Shown: positions 9,122 through 19,935, counted from the first letter of the stretch. The stretch: 64,000 nucleotides of DNA from Minisyncoccia bacterium (GCA_041740795.1 JBGSLH010000016.1:3431-67430), one strand, 5' to 3'. Notes: generated by a model from the letters alone, not told the origin. Numbers and translations are program-made.

Positions 9122-10906
9122 ATGAAACATACAGAAATTCGAGAAAAAATAAAATCTTTTATGGCAGAAAAAAACTTTGCTTTCATTGAATCTGCATCAC
9201 TGGTACCAGAGAATGATCCTTCTGTTCTCTTTACCACAGCAGGAGTACAACCTCTTGTTCCATACATCAAAGGAGAAAAGCATCCACAAGGCAATCGCAT
9301 CGCTAACCTACAAAAATGCATCCGAACGCAGGATATCGAAGAAGTCGGAGACAAGACGCACGACACTTTTTTTGAAATGATCGGCTACTGGTATCTCGGG
9401 AAAGAGAGTGCTCAGGAATATGGCTCAATTAAGCGAGCTGGCGTTCAGACTTCTTACGAACTTTATTTTACCGAAAAGGGCTTTAATTTTGATCTGTCCA
9501 AGGTTTATATCACGTGCTTTGCCGGAAATGATCTTGTTGAGCGAGACGATGAGAGTGCGAATTATTGGAAGGAACTCGGTATTTCTGAAAACCGAATTCT
9601 TTTTCTAGAAGGAAACTGGTGGCCAACCCGGGTTCCTGGAGCTGTGGGTCCATGTGGTCCTGACAGTGAAATTTTTTATAATGTCTCAAATGAAGATCTT
9701 GGAGATCTATCACTTGAACAATTTTTGAAAGCAGATGAGGAACAGAAGATTGTAGAAGTTGGAAATACTGTCTTTATGCTTCACAACAAGACACTCGATC
9801 AACTCGAAGACCTACAGCAGCAGAACGTGGATATGGGTGGAGGACTTGAGCGCGTTGTGATGGCAGCACAAGAAGTTGATTCTGTCTTTGATACTGATTT
9901 GTTTTTACCAATGTATTCTTTTTTGAAGGAAAAATCTAAAACACAGGATATTCGGGCTATCAGAATTGTTGCGGATCATTTGAGGACATCCGTTTTGATA
10001 TTAAGTGAAGGTGTGATTCCTTCCAATACTGCTCAGGGATATGTGCTACGGCGTCTTATCAGAAGGCTATACCGATTTTCAGACGTGTTAGGACTTACTG
10101 TCGATGATTTACAGGTCGCAATCACCAAAATTTTTGAAATATACGAATCTGTATATGACCTCACTGAGCGAAAAGATTTTATCAATGCAGAATTAACCAA
10201 AGAGATTGAGAAATTCAAAAAAACGCTCGCATCAGGAATTAAAAGCTTTGAAAAGATATTAAGTACGGGAGAAATTAATTCAAAAGACATTTTTAACCTG
10301 TATACAACATATGGATTTCCCCTCGAACTAACATACGAGCTTCTTGATGAAAAAAAGATTAGGTACAACAAAGAGGAGATTGAAACAGAAATCGCACAAC
10401 ATAAACAATCTTCAAAAGCAGCTTCTGCAGGAATGTTCAAGGGAGGCCTTGCGGGTAATTCGGAGATTGAGACAAGATATCACACAGCAACACATATTCT
10501 CCATACCGTACTCAGGAACATGTTCGGTACAACTCTCGAACAGAAGGGAAGCAACATCAATACCGAACGAATGCGTTTTGATTTTTCGTTCGCGCGTCCG
10601 CTTACAACAGAAGAAGTGCAGCAAGTAGAAGCCGAAGTAAATCGCATCATCACACTCAATCTTCCTGTTACCCGCTACGATACTTCATATGTGCAAGCCA
10701 AGGAAATGAGTGCGATCGGACTTTTTGGAGACAAGTACGGTGATCTCGTGTCCGTATATCAGATAGGGAAAGATGAGTCTGTATTCAGTACCGAAATCTG
10801 CATGGGACCTCACGTTGAATCGACGAGCTCTATCGGCGTTTTCAAAATCCTCAAAGAAGAATCCTCATCTGCAGGTATACGAAGAATCAAAGCGGTTTTA
10901 AAATAA
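9122..10906 (+). CDS. alaS: Alanyl-tRNA synthetase, short form without the C-Ala domain
   Basis: 594 aa. It has LFTTAGVQP, KCIRTQDIEEVGDKTHDTFFEM, GPCGPDSEIFY, the editing motifs HTATHILH and CMGPHV, and it ends right after the editing domain. Confidence 0.9.
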   Translation: MKHTEIREKIKSFMAEKNFAFIESASLVPENDPSVLFTTAGVQPLVPYIKGEKHPQGNRIANLQKCIRTQDIEEVGDKTHDTFFEMIGYWYLGKESAQEYGSIKRAGVQTSYELYFTEKGFNFDLSKVYITCFAGNDLVERDDESANYWKELGISENRILFLEGNWWPTRVPGAVGPCGPDSEIFYNVSNEDLGDLSLEQFLKADEEQKIVEVGNTVFMLHNKTLDQLEDLQQQNVDMGGGLERVVMAAQEVDSVFDTDLFLPMYSFLKEKSKTQDIRAIRIVADHLRTSVLILSEGVIPSNTAQGYVLRRLIRRLYRFSDVLGLTVDDLQVAITKIFEIYESVYDLTERKDFINAELTKEIEKFKKTLASGIKSFEKILSTGEINSKDIFNLYTTYGFPLELTYELLDEKKIRYNKEEIETEIAQHKQSSKAASAGMFKGGLAGNSEIETRYHTATHILHTVLRNMFGTTLEQKGSNINTERMRFDFSFARPLTTEEVQQVEAEVNRIITLNLPVTRYDTSYVQAKEMSAIGLFGDKYGDLVSVYQIGKDESVFSTEICMGPHVESTSSIGVFKILKEESSSAGIRRIKAVLK

Positions 10907-10927
10907 AATGCATGATACAATAAACGC

Positions 10928-12028
10928 ATGTCGTTTTTTAGTTCAAAGAACAAACAAACATATACTTTATCAATTTCACTCAAAAGCTCATCGATAGATT
11001 TTCAATTAGTGCGTTTGGGTGAAAGTATCAAAAAAGAAGTGCTTCTTGTTGAGCGGGAAGTTATCCTTCTTGAGAATTCGCAGGATCCTTCACTCTACAC
11101 AAGTCAATACTTTAGAGAACTCGAATCTCTTTTCAAAAAAAACAAAAGCAAAATCACACAGCTCGTACAAGGAGCACCGCTCTCTATCCAGGTTATTCTC
11201 TATGCTCCATGGTTCACTTCGACCATTAGTTCGATTGTACATGCTGAATCTGCAATGATAAATGAGAACTTTCTTTCCAAAAAGCTAGCAGGCATCACTA
11301 CTGAGAAAGACCTCCACAATCTCGAAAAACGAATAATTCGGATTCAAACAAACGGATACACACTGAATGAACTTTCTCATACCACCTGTTCGAATATCCA
11401 CCTGAGCGTGTACTCAAGCTACATATCCGCTCACATTCACACATCGTTCATGGAGGCGTTCAAAAAACATCTTCCTGAGTCAAAACACACCACTTACGTA
11501 ACAAGTCCGTTATTGATTCTCGATAACATCAAGCGCTTCATGGTTAGAGAAGATAATGTGACATTTCTCTATATTGGAGGTGAGATAACAGAAGTCGGAG
11601 TAATTGAAGACGATTCTCTCTCACATTTCGCGACTTTTCCAATAGGAAAACATGACTTCTTGCGGGAGATTCAAACACAAACCAAGACATATGACTATAA
11701 TGCATTGTACCAAAAGGAGATTCGAATCAAATCCTTGTCGCAACAGAAATCTTTTGATGCCCTCAAACAGAAATGGTCTTTATTAATCACACAATCACTT
11801 CAACTATTCAACAAAAATGTGCCCAGCAAGGTTCTCATTATTACAGATTCCAAGACGAAAGATTTTTTTACTGATCTTCTTCTCGCTTCAATAAAGAAAG
11901 ATTCCCAAAGTATCCTCAAGAACAATAGGATAATTAACTTTGATATATCGCTATTAAAAGATATAATTTCATACAAGACTCCACTTGGAGAAAATGAGTT
12001 AGATTTAACATTAGAGGCTTTAATTTAA
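10928..12028 (+). CDS. Hypothetical protein
   Basis: 366-aa ORF. The segment FLYIGGEITEVGVIED gives a weak hint of an actin-like ATPase fold. No firm motif. Confidence 0.5.
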   Translation: MSFFSSKNKQTYTLSISLKSSSIDFQLVRLGESIKKEVLLVEREVILLENSQDPSLYTSQYFRELESLFKKNKSKITQLVQGAPLSIQVILYAPWFTSTISSIVHAESAMINENFLSKKLAGITTEKDLHNLEKRIIRIQTNGYTLNELSHTTCSNIHLSVYSSYISAHIHTSFMEAFKKHLPESKHTTYVTSPLLILDNIKRFMVREDNVTFLYIGGEITEVGVIEDDSLSHFATFPIGKHDFLREIQTQTKTYDYNALYQKEIRIKSLSQQKSFDALKQKWSLLITQSLQLFNKNVPSKVLIITDSKTKDFFTDLLLASIKKDSQSILKNNRIINFDISLLKDIISYKTPLGENELDLTLEALI

Positions 12029-12045
12029 AACGTGAAAATATAGTT

Positions 12046-13446
12046 ATGAAAAAGAATTTCTTACAAGATGTTATACCCGCAAGTCAAAAAAGGTCAATAC
12101 GCGATATTCCAATTCCATCCCACCAAAAAGCAAAGATCTCAATCAAAAAAGAAGCACCTCTAAAATCCGAAGAAGAAATTAAAGACACATATCTCCCAAA
12201 ATCTTCAAATGATACAATGTCACTCAACACCTTTTCAAAAGATGAACACTCGGTTTTTGAGCCTGAGCAGCTGCAACACGCTACACAAAACGAAGATTTT
12301 AAAAAAGAACCTGCACCCAAGACATATACACCTCATGAATCAAATATTCCGACATACAAAAAAAATAAAAAATCATATATGAAAAAAATAATCATTGGAG
12401 TACTTATTGGAATCATAATCTTTTTCGGATTCATTTTTTCACGAACAGAAGCGATTATTACGATTCATTCCAAAAAATCAACAGAGGACATCTCTTTACA
12501 GATTCCTCTTGATTCGAAGAATCCTCAAATAACTCAGACTCAGATTACAAAATCTCTTTCCAAGACACTTCCAGCAACCTCTGAACAGCAAGTTGAGAAA
12601 CAAGCGAGTGGAAGAATCAAGATTATCAACACTCATAAAGAGACACCTCAGGAACTCGTGAAGAATACACGCTTCCAAACACCGAACGGTCTCGTCTATC
12701 GAATCAAGGATTCTATTGTGGTGCCAGGATATACAATGTCAGGCTCAAACGTAGTACCAGGAACACTTGAGGTGGAAGTATATGCAGATAGTGCAGGAGA
12801 AGAGTACAATATTTCAAAGACCAAATTCACCATCCCAGGATTTGCAGGGCGTGAGCAGTTCGACAAGATAACTGCTGAGACAGTAGGTGATATGAGTGGA
12901 GGATACATTGGTGTACGCAAAGTAGTTACAGAAGATGCTAAGGAAAAAGCACAAGAAGAGCTCGAAATGGAACTGAAGACACAGATAGAGCAGACTCAAA
13001 ACCAATCTACTGAATACGTTCTGGTGCCTGATCCAACAACACTTTCATACGGTGAATTACAAGACAAGGCAGAAGGTAATTCCATAACATTGACGTTATC
13101 AGCCTCAGTAGACGCATATTCTTTTGTCAAAAAAGATCTCTTTAGTTTCATTGGTCAAAACAGTATCGAAGGCGCGACAACCAACGATCAATTCACTCTG
13201 GAAGGTAATAGTCTGACATATCTCGTTGAGGACAAAATGGTCAAAATGACTGGCTCAACAGAAGTTATATGGATAACTGATACTGAGCAGCTCAAAAAAG
13301 ACTTTGCAGGAAAAAAGAGAAGTGAAGTTGTTACAGTTATTGACGCATATCGCTCTTTTGAAAAAACTGACGCTGAACTTTCTCCATTCTGGAAGACTCG
13401 ATTCCCTTCAGATCCCCTTAAGATCGAAGTTGTTATAGCTAAGTAA
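12046..13446 (+). CDS. Hypothetical single-pass membrane protein
   Basis: 466-aa ORF with a low-complexity N-terminus, a TM helix IIIGVLIGIIIFFGFIF, and a large extracytoplasmic region. Confidence 0.55.
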   Translation: MKKNFLQDVIPASQKRSIRDIPIPSHQKAKISIKKEAPLKSEEEIKDTYLPKSSNDTMSLNTFSKDEHSVFEPEQLQHATQNEDFKKEPAPKTYTPHESNIPTYKKNKKSYMKKIIIGVLIGIIIFFGFIFSRTEAIITIHSKKSTEDISLQIPLDSKNPQITQTQITKSLSKTLPATSEQQVEKQASGRIKIINTHKETPQELVKNTRFQTPNGLVYRIKDSIVVPGYTMSGSNVVPGTLEVEVYADSAGEEYNISKTKFTIPGFAGREQFDKITAETVGDMSGGYIGVRKVVTEDAKEKAQEELEMELKTQIEQTQNQSTEYVLVPDPTTLSYGELQDKAEGNSITLTLSASVDAYSFVKKDLFSFIGQNSIEGATTNDQFTLEGNSLTYLVEDKMVKMTGSTEVIWITDTEQLKKDFAGKKRSEVVTVIDAYRSFEKTDAELSPFWKTRFPSDPLKIEVVIAK

Positions 13447-13465
13447 TTGACAGAAAGTCAAATTA

Positions 13466-13690
13466 TTGATAAAAAAAGCTATGCAAAGTAAAGAAGAAAC
13501 AGTAAAAGGAACCGTGATTGAGGCTATGCCCAACACGCTTTTTAAGGTGCTTGTCGGAGGGGAGAAGGAGATTATCTCGTATCTTTCAGGAAAGATGCGG
13601 ATGCACAAGATCCGAGTGCTTGTAGGAGACAACGTGGAGATCCTGGAAGAGCCGTATGGAGGGAAGGCTAGAATCGTAAAACGACTCTAA
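13466..13690 (+). CDS. infA: Translation initiation factor IF-1
   Basis: S1-like sequence GTVIEAMPNTLFKVLVGGEKEIISYLSGKMRMHKIRVLVGDNVEI. The start may be the internal ATG at 13481. Confidence 0.9.
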   Translation: MIKKAMQSKEETVKGTVIEAMPNTLFKVLVGGEKEIISYLSGKMRMHKIRVLVGDNVEILEEPYGGKARIVKRL

Positions 13691-13739
13691 TAATTAACTT
13701 TACAAACATTATTTCTTTTGATACACTAGCCTAACAAAA

Positions 13740-14120
13740 ATGAGAATACAAGGTATAACAATTCCAGACGACAAACAGCTTGAGTTTGCACTCACTGCAA
13801 TTTATGGTGTAGGACGAGCACGTGCAAAAACAATACTTGCACAAGTAGGTATCGCTTCAACTCAAAAAGCAGCTGATTTGTCTCCTGATGACGAGAACAA
13901 GATTCGAGAGGTTGTTGAAAAGATTAAAATTGAAGGTGAACTCAAGCGAGAAGTATCCACAAACATCAAGCGAATGAAGGACATCGGATCATACAAGGGG
14001 AGTCGACACAACAAAAAATTACCAGCACGAGGTCAACGAACCAAGACCAATTCCAGAACTGTTCGAGGAAATGTTCGAAAGACAATGGGTTCAGGACGAA
14101 AATCAGTTGAAAAGAAATAA
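13740..14120 (+). CDS. rpsM: 30S ribosomal protein S13
   Basis: MRIQGITIPDDKQLEFALTAIYGVGRARA and KDIGSYKGSRH, in conserved alpha-operon order. Confidence 0.95.
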   Translation: MRIQGITIPDDKQLEFALTAIYGVGRARAKTILAQVGIASTQKAADLSPDDENKIREVVEKIKIEGELKREVSTNIKRMKDIGSYKGSRHNKKLPARGQRTKTNSRTVRGNVRKTMGSGRKSVEKK

Positions 14121-14129
14121 CATAACAGT

Positions 14130-14558
14130 ATGGGCAAAAAACGAATTGTAAAAAAAGGATCAAACGACTCTTCAATGAAGTCTGGGGCAGGCAAGAAACT
14201 TCCACGAAAAAAACTCGATGCGGGTATTTTGTACGTTCAGTCTACTTTTAATAACACAAAACTTCTGCTTACTGACCTCAAAGGTAATGCTATCTGTGCT
14301 GCTTCATCAGGAGGCCTCGGTTTCAAGGGTGCCAAAAAAGGGACTCCTTTTGCTGCATCAAAGGCCGCCGAAGAACTTGCAGAAAAGGCCGAGAAGCTCG
14401 GACTCAAGGAGATCGACGTTATTGTAAAGGGTGTAGGTTCTGGACGAGAATCTTCAATCCGGGGTTTCATCTCAAAAGGAATCAATATCAAGTCAATCAA
14501 GGATCGAACACCTGTTCCACACAACGGTCCACGACCACCTAAGCCGCGACGGGTATAG
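14130..14558 (+). CDS. rpsK: 30S ribosomal protein S11
   Basis: ILYVQSTFNNTKLLLTDLKGN..SSGGLGFKGAKKGTPFAA and DRTPVPHNGPRPPKPRR. Confidence 0.95.
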   Translation: MGKKRIVKKGSNDSSMKSGAGKKLPRKKLDAGILYVQSTFNNTKLLLTDLKGNAICAASSGGLGFKGAKKGTPFAASKAAEELAEKAEKLGLKEIDVIVKGVGSGRESSIRGFISKGINIKSIKDRTPVPHNGPRPPKPRRV

Positions 14559-14590
14559 AGTATTATCAAATTATATATAAAGACTGAGTT

Positions 14591-15202
14591 ATGAAAATTG
14601 GACCAAAATATAAAATCGCACGACGACTAGGAGCAGCTGTTTTTGAAAAGACACAAACTGCTAAATTCAGCCTGAATGAGCAAAAGAAATCAAAAAACCT
14701 ACGACCTAAGAAGCGTAATTCTTCAGTTTTTGGACAGCAACTTCTTGAAAAACAGAAAGCTCGATTTACATACTGCGTGACAGAAAAGCAATTTAAAAAC
14801 TACGTTAAAAAGGTAATCGCAACCTCAAAGACAAATCAGTCAGACCTCCTTTACAAGACTCTCGAAAAACGACTCGATAACGTGGTGCTCCGAGCAGGTT
14901 TTGCAAAAACTCGACCCCTTGCACGCCAGATGGTATCGCACGGTCATTTTAAAGTTAATGGAACACGTGTAAACATTCCTTCATACTCAGTCAAAAAAGG
15001 TGATGTTGTTGCTGTACGAGATGGGAGCAAAACAAAGACGCTTTTCCTTGAAACAGAAAAATCCCTCAACGAAGCAAATAACCTTCCTTGGCTCAAAGTC
15101 ACTGCCAAAGATTTTTCAGTGGAAGTTACTGGTGACGCCGTGTATGCCCCGACCGAATTACATTTCGACCTGAATTCAGTAATGGAATATTACAAAAAAT
15201 AA
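14591..15202 (+). CDS. rpsD: 30S ribosomal protein S4
   Basis: GPKYKIARRLG, RLDNVVLRAGFAKTRPLARQMVSHGHFKVNG. Confidence 0.95.
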   Translation: MKIGPKYKIARRLGAAVFEKTQTAKFSLNEQKKSKNLRPKKRNSSVFGQQLLEKQKARFTYCVTEKQFKNYVKKVIATSKTNQSDLLYKTLEKRLDNVVLRAGFAKTRPLARQMVSHGHFKVNGTRVNIPSYSVKKGDVVAVRDGSKTKTLFLETEKSLNEANNLPWLKVTAKDFSVEVTGDAVYAPTELHFDLNSVMEYYKK

Positions 15203-15222
15203 TTTTAAATAACATAAATATT

Positions 15223-16185
15223 ATGACTGAACAAAATATCGCAATTCCATCAAAGCCAAAGATTGTATCCGAAGAAAATTCCAAGGGTATTTATGAGATC
15301 GACGGTCTTTACCCAGGTTACGGACACACGCTTGGAAACTCTCTACGACGGATCATTCTCTCTTCACTTCCAGGAACAGCTATCACTGAAGTCAAGATTG
15401 CAGGCGTAGGGCACGAATTCTCAACTATTGAAGGTGTAAAGGAGGATGTTATTTCAATCATTCTAAACCTCAAAAAAATTAGACTTTCAATGAAAGGTAA
15501 CGAACCCCTCACCGTCTCAATGAGTGTTAAAGGTCCAAAAAAAGTTACAGCTGCAGACATCATGACTCCGTCACAAATAGAAATTGTGAACAAAGACCAG
15601 TATCTTTTTGAAGTAACAACCAAAACGGAGATCAAAATTGAACTCAAGATTGAAAATGGTATTGGATATGTTCCGAAGGAAGTTCTCCAGAAAGAGAAAG
15701 TAGAAGTTGGAACTATTGCGCTTGATGCAATTTTTACACCAATAAGACGAGTTAATTACGAGTCAGAAAACATGCGAGTAGGCGATAGGACAGATTATAA
15801 CCGACTCCGAATCACTATCGAGACAGACGGGACTATCACTCCAAAGGAAGCTCTTGAATCTTCAATCACAACAATGATTACTCAGCTCAAAGCTATTGTA
15901 GGATTCAAAGAAGAAGTTGAACTCCCTGTACACATTGCTTCAAAAGTAGTTCCGACCGAAGTTCAGGAAGAAGTTGATGTAGAAGACTTCCTCAAGACTC
16001 GAATCGAGGATCTAGAACTGTCTGCACGAACAATCAACGCACTTTCAAACGCAAACATCCGAACAGTAGGAGGTCTTGCACGAAAGAAGGCAGGTGACAT
16101 TCTTGAAATTGAAGGATTTGGCAACAAAGGACTTGAAGAAATCAAGGAACTTCTCGCTAAGCATGGTATCGAACTCAAAGATTAA
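15223..16185 (+). CDS. rpoA: DNA-directed RNA polymerase alpha subunit
   Basis: GYGHTLGNSLRRILLSSLPG-type N-terminal domain and the C-terminal LELSARTINALSNANIRTVGGL. Confidence 0.95.
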   Translation: MTEQNIAIPSKPKIVSEENSKGIYEIDGLYPGYGHTLGNSLRRIILSSLPGTAITEVKIAGVGHEFSTIEGVKEDVISIILNLKKIRLSMKGNEPLTVSMSVKGPKKVTAADIMTPSQIEIVNKDQYLFEVTTKTEIKIELKIENGIGYVPKEVLQKEKVEVGTIALDAIFTPIRRVNYESENMRVGDRTDYNRLRITIETDGTITPKEALESSITTMITQLKAIVGFKEEVELPVHIASKVVPTEVQEEVDVEDFLKTRIEDLELSARTINALSNANIRTVGGLARKKAGDILEIEGFGNKGLEEIKELLAKHGIELKD

Positions 16186-16230
16186 CCAGAATCTTTACAA
16201 ATCACGAAATTTATATTAATCTATAAGGCC

Positions 16231-16581
16231 ATGAGACACTCAAACACAAATCGAAAATTCGGACGGACAAAAAATCAAAGAAACGCATTGATGAATGGTT
16301 TGGTGTACAGTCTTGTTAAATATAAAAGGATCGTCACTACCGAGGCCAAAGCCAAGGAACTTAGACCTCAAGTCGAAAAACTCGTTACAAAATCAAAGAC
16401 AAGCGATCTTCATACCAAGCGAATCATTCAGTCACAGACAGGAAAATTTGATGTTGCTGTAGAACTAGAAGCAATTGCAAAGACAATGTCAGAGCGAGCT
16501 GGAGGATACACTCGAATCGTCAAGATGGAATCTCGAAAGAGCGACGGTGCAAAGATGGCATATATCGAATTTGTAGCTTAA
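16231..16581 (+). CDS. rplQ: 50S ribosomal protein L17
   Basis: MRHSNTNRKFGRTKNQRNALMNGL and GGYTRIVK. Confidence 0.95.
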   Translation: MRHSNTNRKFGRTKNQRNALMNGLVYSLVKYKRIVTTEAKAKELRPQVEKLVTKSKTSDLHTKRIIQSQTGKFDVAVELEAIAKTMSERAGGYTRIVKMESRKSDGAKMAYIEFVA

Positions 16582-16592
16582 TAAACAGAAAT

Positions 16593-16934
16593 ATGAAAAC
16601 AATTGATGCAACAGATAAAAAAATTGGACGAATAGCACAGCAAGCTGCCATGATTTTGATGGGGAAGGACACTCCTATGTATGAAACAAATAAAATCGTT
16701 TCAGACGGTGTGCATATCATCAATGCATCAAAGGCTGACATTTCTGATAAAAAAAAGGGTGAGAAAGAATACAAGTGGTTCACAGGGTATCCAAGCGGAC
16801 TCAAGACTCGGACTATGGACCAGATGCTTGCAAAGCGAGGAGTCGAGGAGATTTTTCGAAAGGCAATCATGGGTATGCTCCCAAAGAACAGACTTCGAGC
16901 AGAAATGATTAAAAAACTAAAGATCACTGAATAA
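16593..16934 (+). CDS. rplM: 50S ribosomal protein L13 (short)
   Basis: GRIAQQAAMILMGKDTPMY, YKWFTGYPSGLK, MLPKNRL. Confidence 0.9.
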   Translation: MKTIDATDKKIGRIAQQAAMILMGKDTPMYETNKIVSDGVHIINASKADISDKKKGEKEYKWFTGYPSGLKTRTMDQMLAKRGVEEIFRKAIMGMLPKNRLRAEMIKKLKITE

Positions 16935-16937
16935 TTT

Positions 16938-17345
16938 ATGGCCACCAAAAAATTAGAAAAATACATAGAGACAGTCGGACGACGAAAAGAAGCGATCGCG
17001 CGTGTTCGACTTTTTGAATCAAAAACCAATTCTATTACAGTGAACGACAAGCCAGTTGCAGAATTTTTCAAAACAGAAAATCTCCAGATCGTTGCTGCTC
17101 AAGCACTTGTAAGTTCTGACCTTCCTCAAAAATATGAGGTAACTGCAAAGGTAATCGGAGGCGGAACTTCATCTCAAGCAGAAAGTATTCGACTTGGTAT
17201 TTCACGAGCTCTCGTAAAAATAAATGAAGAACTTCGAAAAGATCTCAAGAAACAAGGGTTCCTCAAGCGAGATCCTCGAGCTAAGGAACGACGTAAATTC
17301 GGTCTCAAGAAGGCTCGAAAATCTGGAGCGTGGAGTAAGCGATAA
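16938..17345 (+). CDS. rpsI: 30S ribosomal protein S9
   Basis: GRRKEAIARVRL, GGGTSSQAESIRLGISRAL, RDPRAKERRKFGLKKARK. Confidence 0.95.
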   Translation: MATKKLEKYIETVGRRKEAIARVRLFESKTNSITVNDKPVAEFFKTENLQIVAAQALVSSDLPQKYEVTAKVIGGGTSSQAESIRLGISRALVKINEELRKDLKKQGFLKRDPRAKERRKFGLKKARKSGAWSKR

Positions 17346-17352
17346 GATACAT

Positions 17353-17380
17353 GTCATCCCGCACTTGATGCGGGATCTCG
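17353..17380. repeat. Half copy (single hairpin) of the GTCATCCCGCA palindromic repeat family
   Basis: GTCATCCCGCACTTGATGCGGGATCTC is 27/27 identical to 36488-36514. The hairpin ATCCCGCA/TGCGGGAT sits 8 nt after the rpsI stop. Confidence 0.8.
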
Positions 17381-17422
17381 TAATTAGTGCATCGATTTTA
17401 ATTAAAATAATTCAATTTCGAT

Positions 17423-17986
17423 ATGAATAATAAAAACCAAGATATTGAGGAAGACATTATAATTGAAGAAGAGTACAGCGAGGACTCACAGGTAGGTCAA
17501 AAATACCAGAAAAAAATAAAGTCTGTTTCAGAAAAGCTTGAAGCGTGTCAAAAAGACAAGGAAGAGTACCTTCTTGGATGGCAACGTGCACAAGCTGATT
17601 TTATAAATTACAAAAAGAATAATGATTCTGTTTTTGCTTTAGCAAAAGAGAGCGCGACAACCGACATGGTTGAATCCCTCCTTCCTATCCTCGACAGTTT
17701 TGATATGGCGCTTACTGGAAACTTCGATGATGTGTTCAAAAAATGGCTCACAGGATTCGAATATGTCCACCAGCAGTTCAAACGAGTATTGGAAGACAAT
17801 GAAATCATTGAAATTAATCCTCTAGGAGCGCCCTTTTCACCCCAGGAACACGAAGCAGTAGAGGAGGTGAGTACCACTGATGAAACGCAAGACCATACGG
17901 TCTCACAGGTGATTTTGAAAGGATACAAGACACAAACAAGAATTATCAGGGCAGCTCAGGTAAAAGTTTACAAATTTGAGAAATAA
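17423..17986 (+). CDS. grpE: Nucleotide exchange factor GrpE
   Basis: 187 aa. It has RAQADFINYKK, LLPILDSFDMA and EINPLGAPFSPQEHEAV, and it lies upstream of dnaK. Confidence 0.9.
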   Translation: MNNKNQDIEEDIIIEEEYSEDSQVGQKYQKKIKSVSEKLEACQKDKEEYLLGWQRAQADFINYKKNNDSVFALAKESATTDMVESLLPILDSFDMALTGNFDDVFKKWLTGFEYVHQQFKRVLEDNEIIEINPLGAPFSPQEHEAVEEVSTTDETQDHTVSQVILKGYKTQTRIIRAAQVKVYKFEK

Positions 17987-18027
17987 ATTTACAATAGAAA
18001 CCCTTATCAACTAATTTATATACGCAT

Positions 18028-19923
18028 ATGGCAAAAATACTTGGAATCGATTTAGGAACAACAAACTCAGCGATGGCAATCATCGAAGCATCAGAACCAC
18101 GTATAGTTGAAAACTCAGAAGGTGCACGAACGACACCTTCAATCGTGGCAATCTCAAAGAACAACGAACGACTCGTGGGACAGACAGCAAAACGTCAGTC
18201 AGTTACAAATCCCCAGAACACAGTGTTTGGAATCAAACGATTCATTGGACACTCCTTTGATGACAGTTCCGTAGAAAAAGACATGAAGACTATTCCATAT
18301 CAGATCAAAAAGACTGAGAATGGAGGAGTGGCTGTTGCTATGTCCGGGACAGACTATCGACCTGAAGAAATCTCTGCGATGATCCTTTCGAAATTGAAAG
18401 CGGACGCAGAAGCTCGAACAGGAGAAACTATTACAGAAGCAGTCATTACGGTTCCTGCATATTTTAATGATGCACAACGGCAGGCAACCAAAGACGCAGG
18501 TAAAATTGCAGGTCTTGATGTAAAAAGAATTATCAATGAACCAACTGCTGCAGCACTTGCATATGGCTTTGGTAAAAAGAAAGATGAAAAAATAGTAGTG
18601 TACGACTTTGGAGGAGGAACGCTCGATGTTTCTGTGCTTGAAGTAGGAGATGATGTAATTGAAGTAAAGTCGACAGATGGAGATTCACACATGGGAGGAA
18701 AAGATATTGATCAAAAAATAATTCAGTGGATTATTGATGAATTCAAAAAACAAACAGCGATCGATCTTGCAAAGGATCCACTCGCCCTGCAACGACTCTA
18801 CGAAGAGGCCGAGAAGGCAAAGATTGAGCTTTCTACTGCGAACGATACAGAGATCAATATTCCATTCATAGCATCAGGTCCAAACGGTCCCGAGCATCTT
18901 GTACAGAAATTGTCACGAGCAAAGCTCGAAGAACTTGCAATGGAATTCATCGAACGATCTCTTGAAATCACAAAACGTGCTCTCGAAGCATCACCCTTTA
19001 AAAAGGAAGACATCCAGGAAATCATCCTTGTTGGAGGACAAACTCGAATGCCACTTATTGGACAACGAGTAAAGGAATTTTTTGGCAAAGAACCCAACCG
19101 ATCAATCAATCCTGACGAAGTAGTTGCTCTTGGAGCAGCTATCCAAGGAGGAATTCTCCAGGGTGATGTGAAAGATGTACTTCTTCTCGATGTAATTCCA
19201 CTTTCTCTTGGAATTGAAACAATGGGAGGAATTGCTACAAAACTTATCGAAAAGAATACGACCATTCCAGCAAGCAAGTCTCAAGTATTCTCGACTGCCG
19301 CAGATAATCAGACTCAGGTAGAAATCCATATCGTACAAGGAGAACGGGCTCAGGCAACTGACAACAAGTCTCTTGGACGATTTGTTCTCGATGGAATCCC
19401 ACCAGCACCACGAGGAATCCCTCAAGTAGAAGTAATCTTTGATATCGATGCCAATGGAATTCTCAAGGTTTCTGCAAAAGATAAAGCAACCAACAAGGAG
19501 CAGTCTATCCGAATCGAAGCATCATCAGGACTTTCGAAGGAAGAAATTGAAAAAATGACAAAGGATGCAGAAGCTCATGCAAGCGAAGATGAGGCAAAAC
19601 GAAAACTTATAGAACACAAAAATACTGCGGAGCAGACTATCTACGCATCTGAAAAACTGCTCAGTGAGCACAAGGATAAGATAGAAGAAGCGGATCAGAC
19701 ATCACTTACAGAAAAAATTGCAGATCTTCGAACAAAGATCTCGACAGACAATGCGTCAGATATCGATACTGCGACAGCTGAACTTTCAAAGGTAATGAAT
19801 GACGTTTCTACCAAAATGTACCAGAAAGCTCAGGAAGAAAAAGTTCCTGGAGAAAATCCAGAAGCAAAAGAAGCGGAGGAAGTGAAGAAAGAGGAGGGTG
19901 AGAGTCCTGAACCAACTCAGTAA
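18028..19923 (+). CDS. dnaK: Molecular chaperone DnaK (Hsp70)
   Basis: [31 protein letters not shown]. Confidence 0.97.
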   Translation: MAKILGIDLGTTNSAMAIIEASEPRIVENSEGARTTPSIVAISKNNERLVGQTAKRQSVTNPQNTVFGIKRFIGHSFDDSSVEKDMKTIPYQIKKTENGGVAVAMSGTDYRPEEISAMILSKLKADAEARTGETITEAVITVPAYFNDAQRQATKDAGKIAGLDVKRIINEPTAAALAYGFGKKKDEKIVVYDFGGGTLDVSVLEVGDDVIEVKSTDGDSHMGGKDIDQKIIQWIIDEFKKQTAIDLAKDPLALQRLYEEAEKAKIELSTANDTEINIPFIASGPNGPEHLVQKLSRAKLEELAMEFIERSLEITKRALEASPFKKEDIQEIILVGGQTRMPLIGQRVKEFFGKEPNRSINPDEVVALGAAIQGGILQGDVKDVLLLDVIPLSLGIETMGGIATKLIEKNTTIPASKSQVFSTAADNQTQVEIHIVQGERAQATDNKSLGRFVLDGIPPAPRGIPQVEVIFDIDANGILKVSAKDKATNKEQSIRIEASSGLSKEEIEKMTKDAEAHASEDEAKRKLIEHKNTAEQTIYASEKLLSEHKDKIEEADQTSLTEKIADLRTKISTDNASDIDTATAELSKVMNDVSTKMYQKAQEEKVPGENPEAKEAEEVKKEEGESPEPTQ

Positions 19924-19935
19924 TGTTTATAAAAG

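Noticed and set aside
13691-13739. Expected rpmJ (L36) between infA and rpsM.
   Set aside because: The gap is only 49 nt and has no ORF. The gene is absent from this position and may be elsewhere in the genome.
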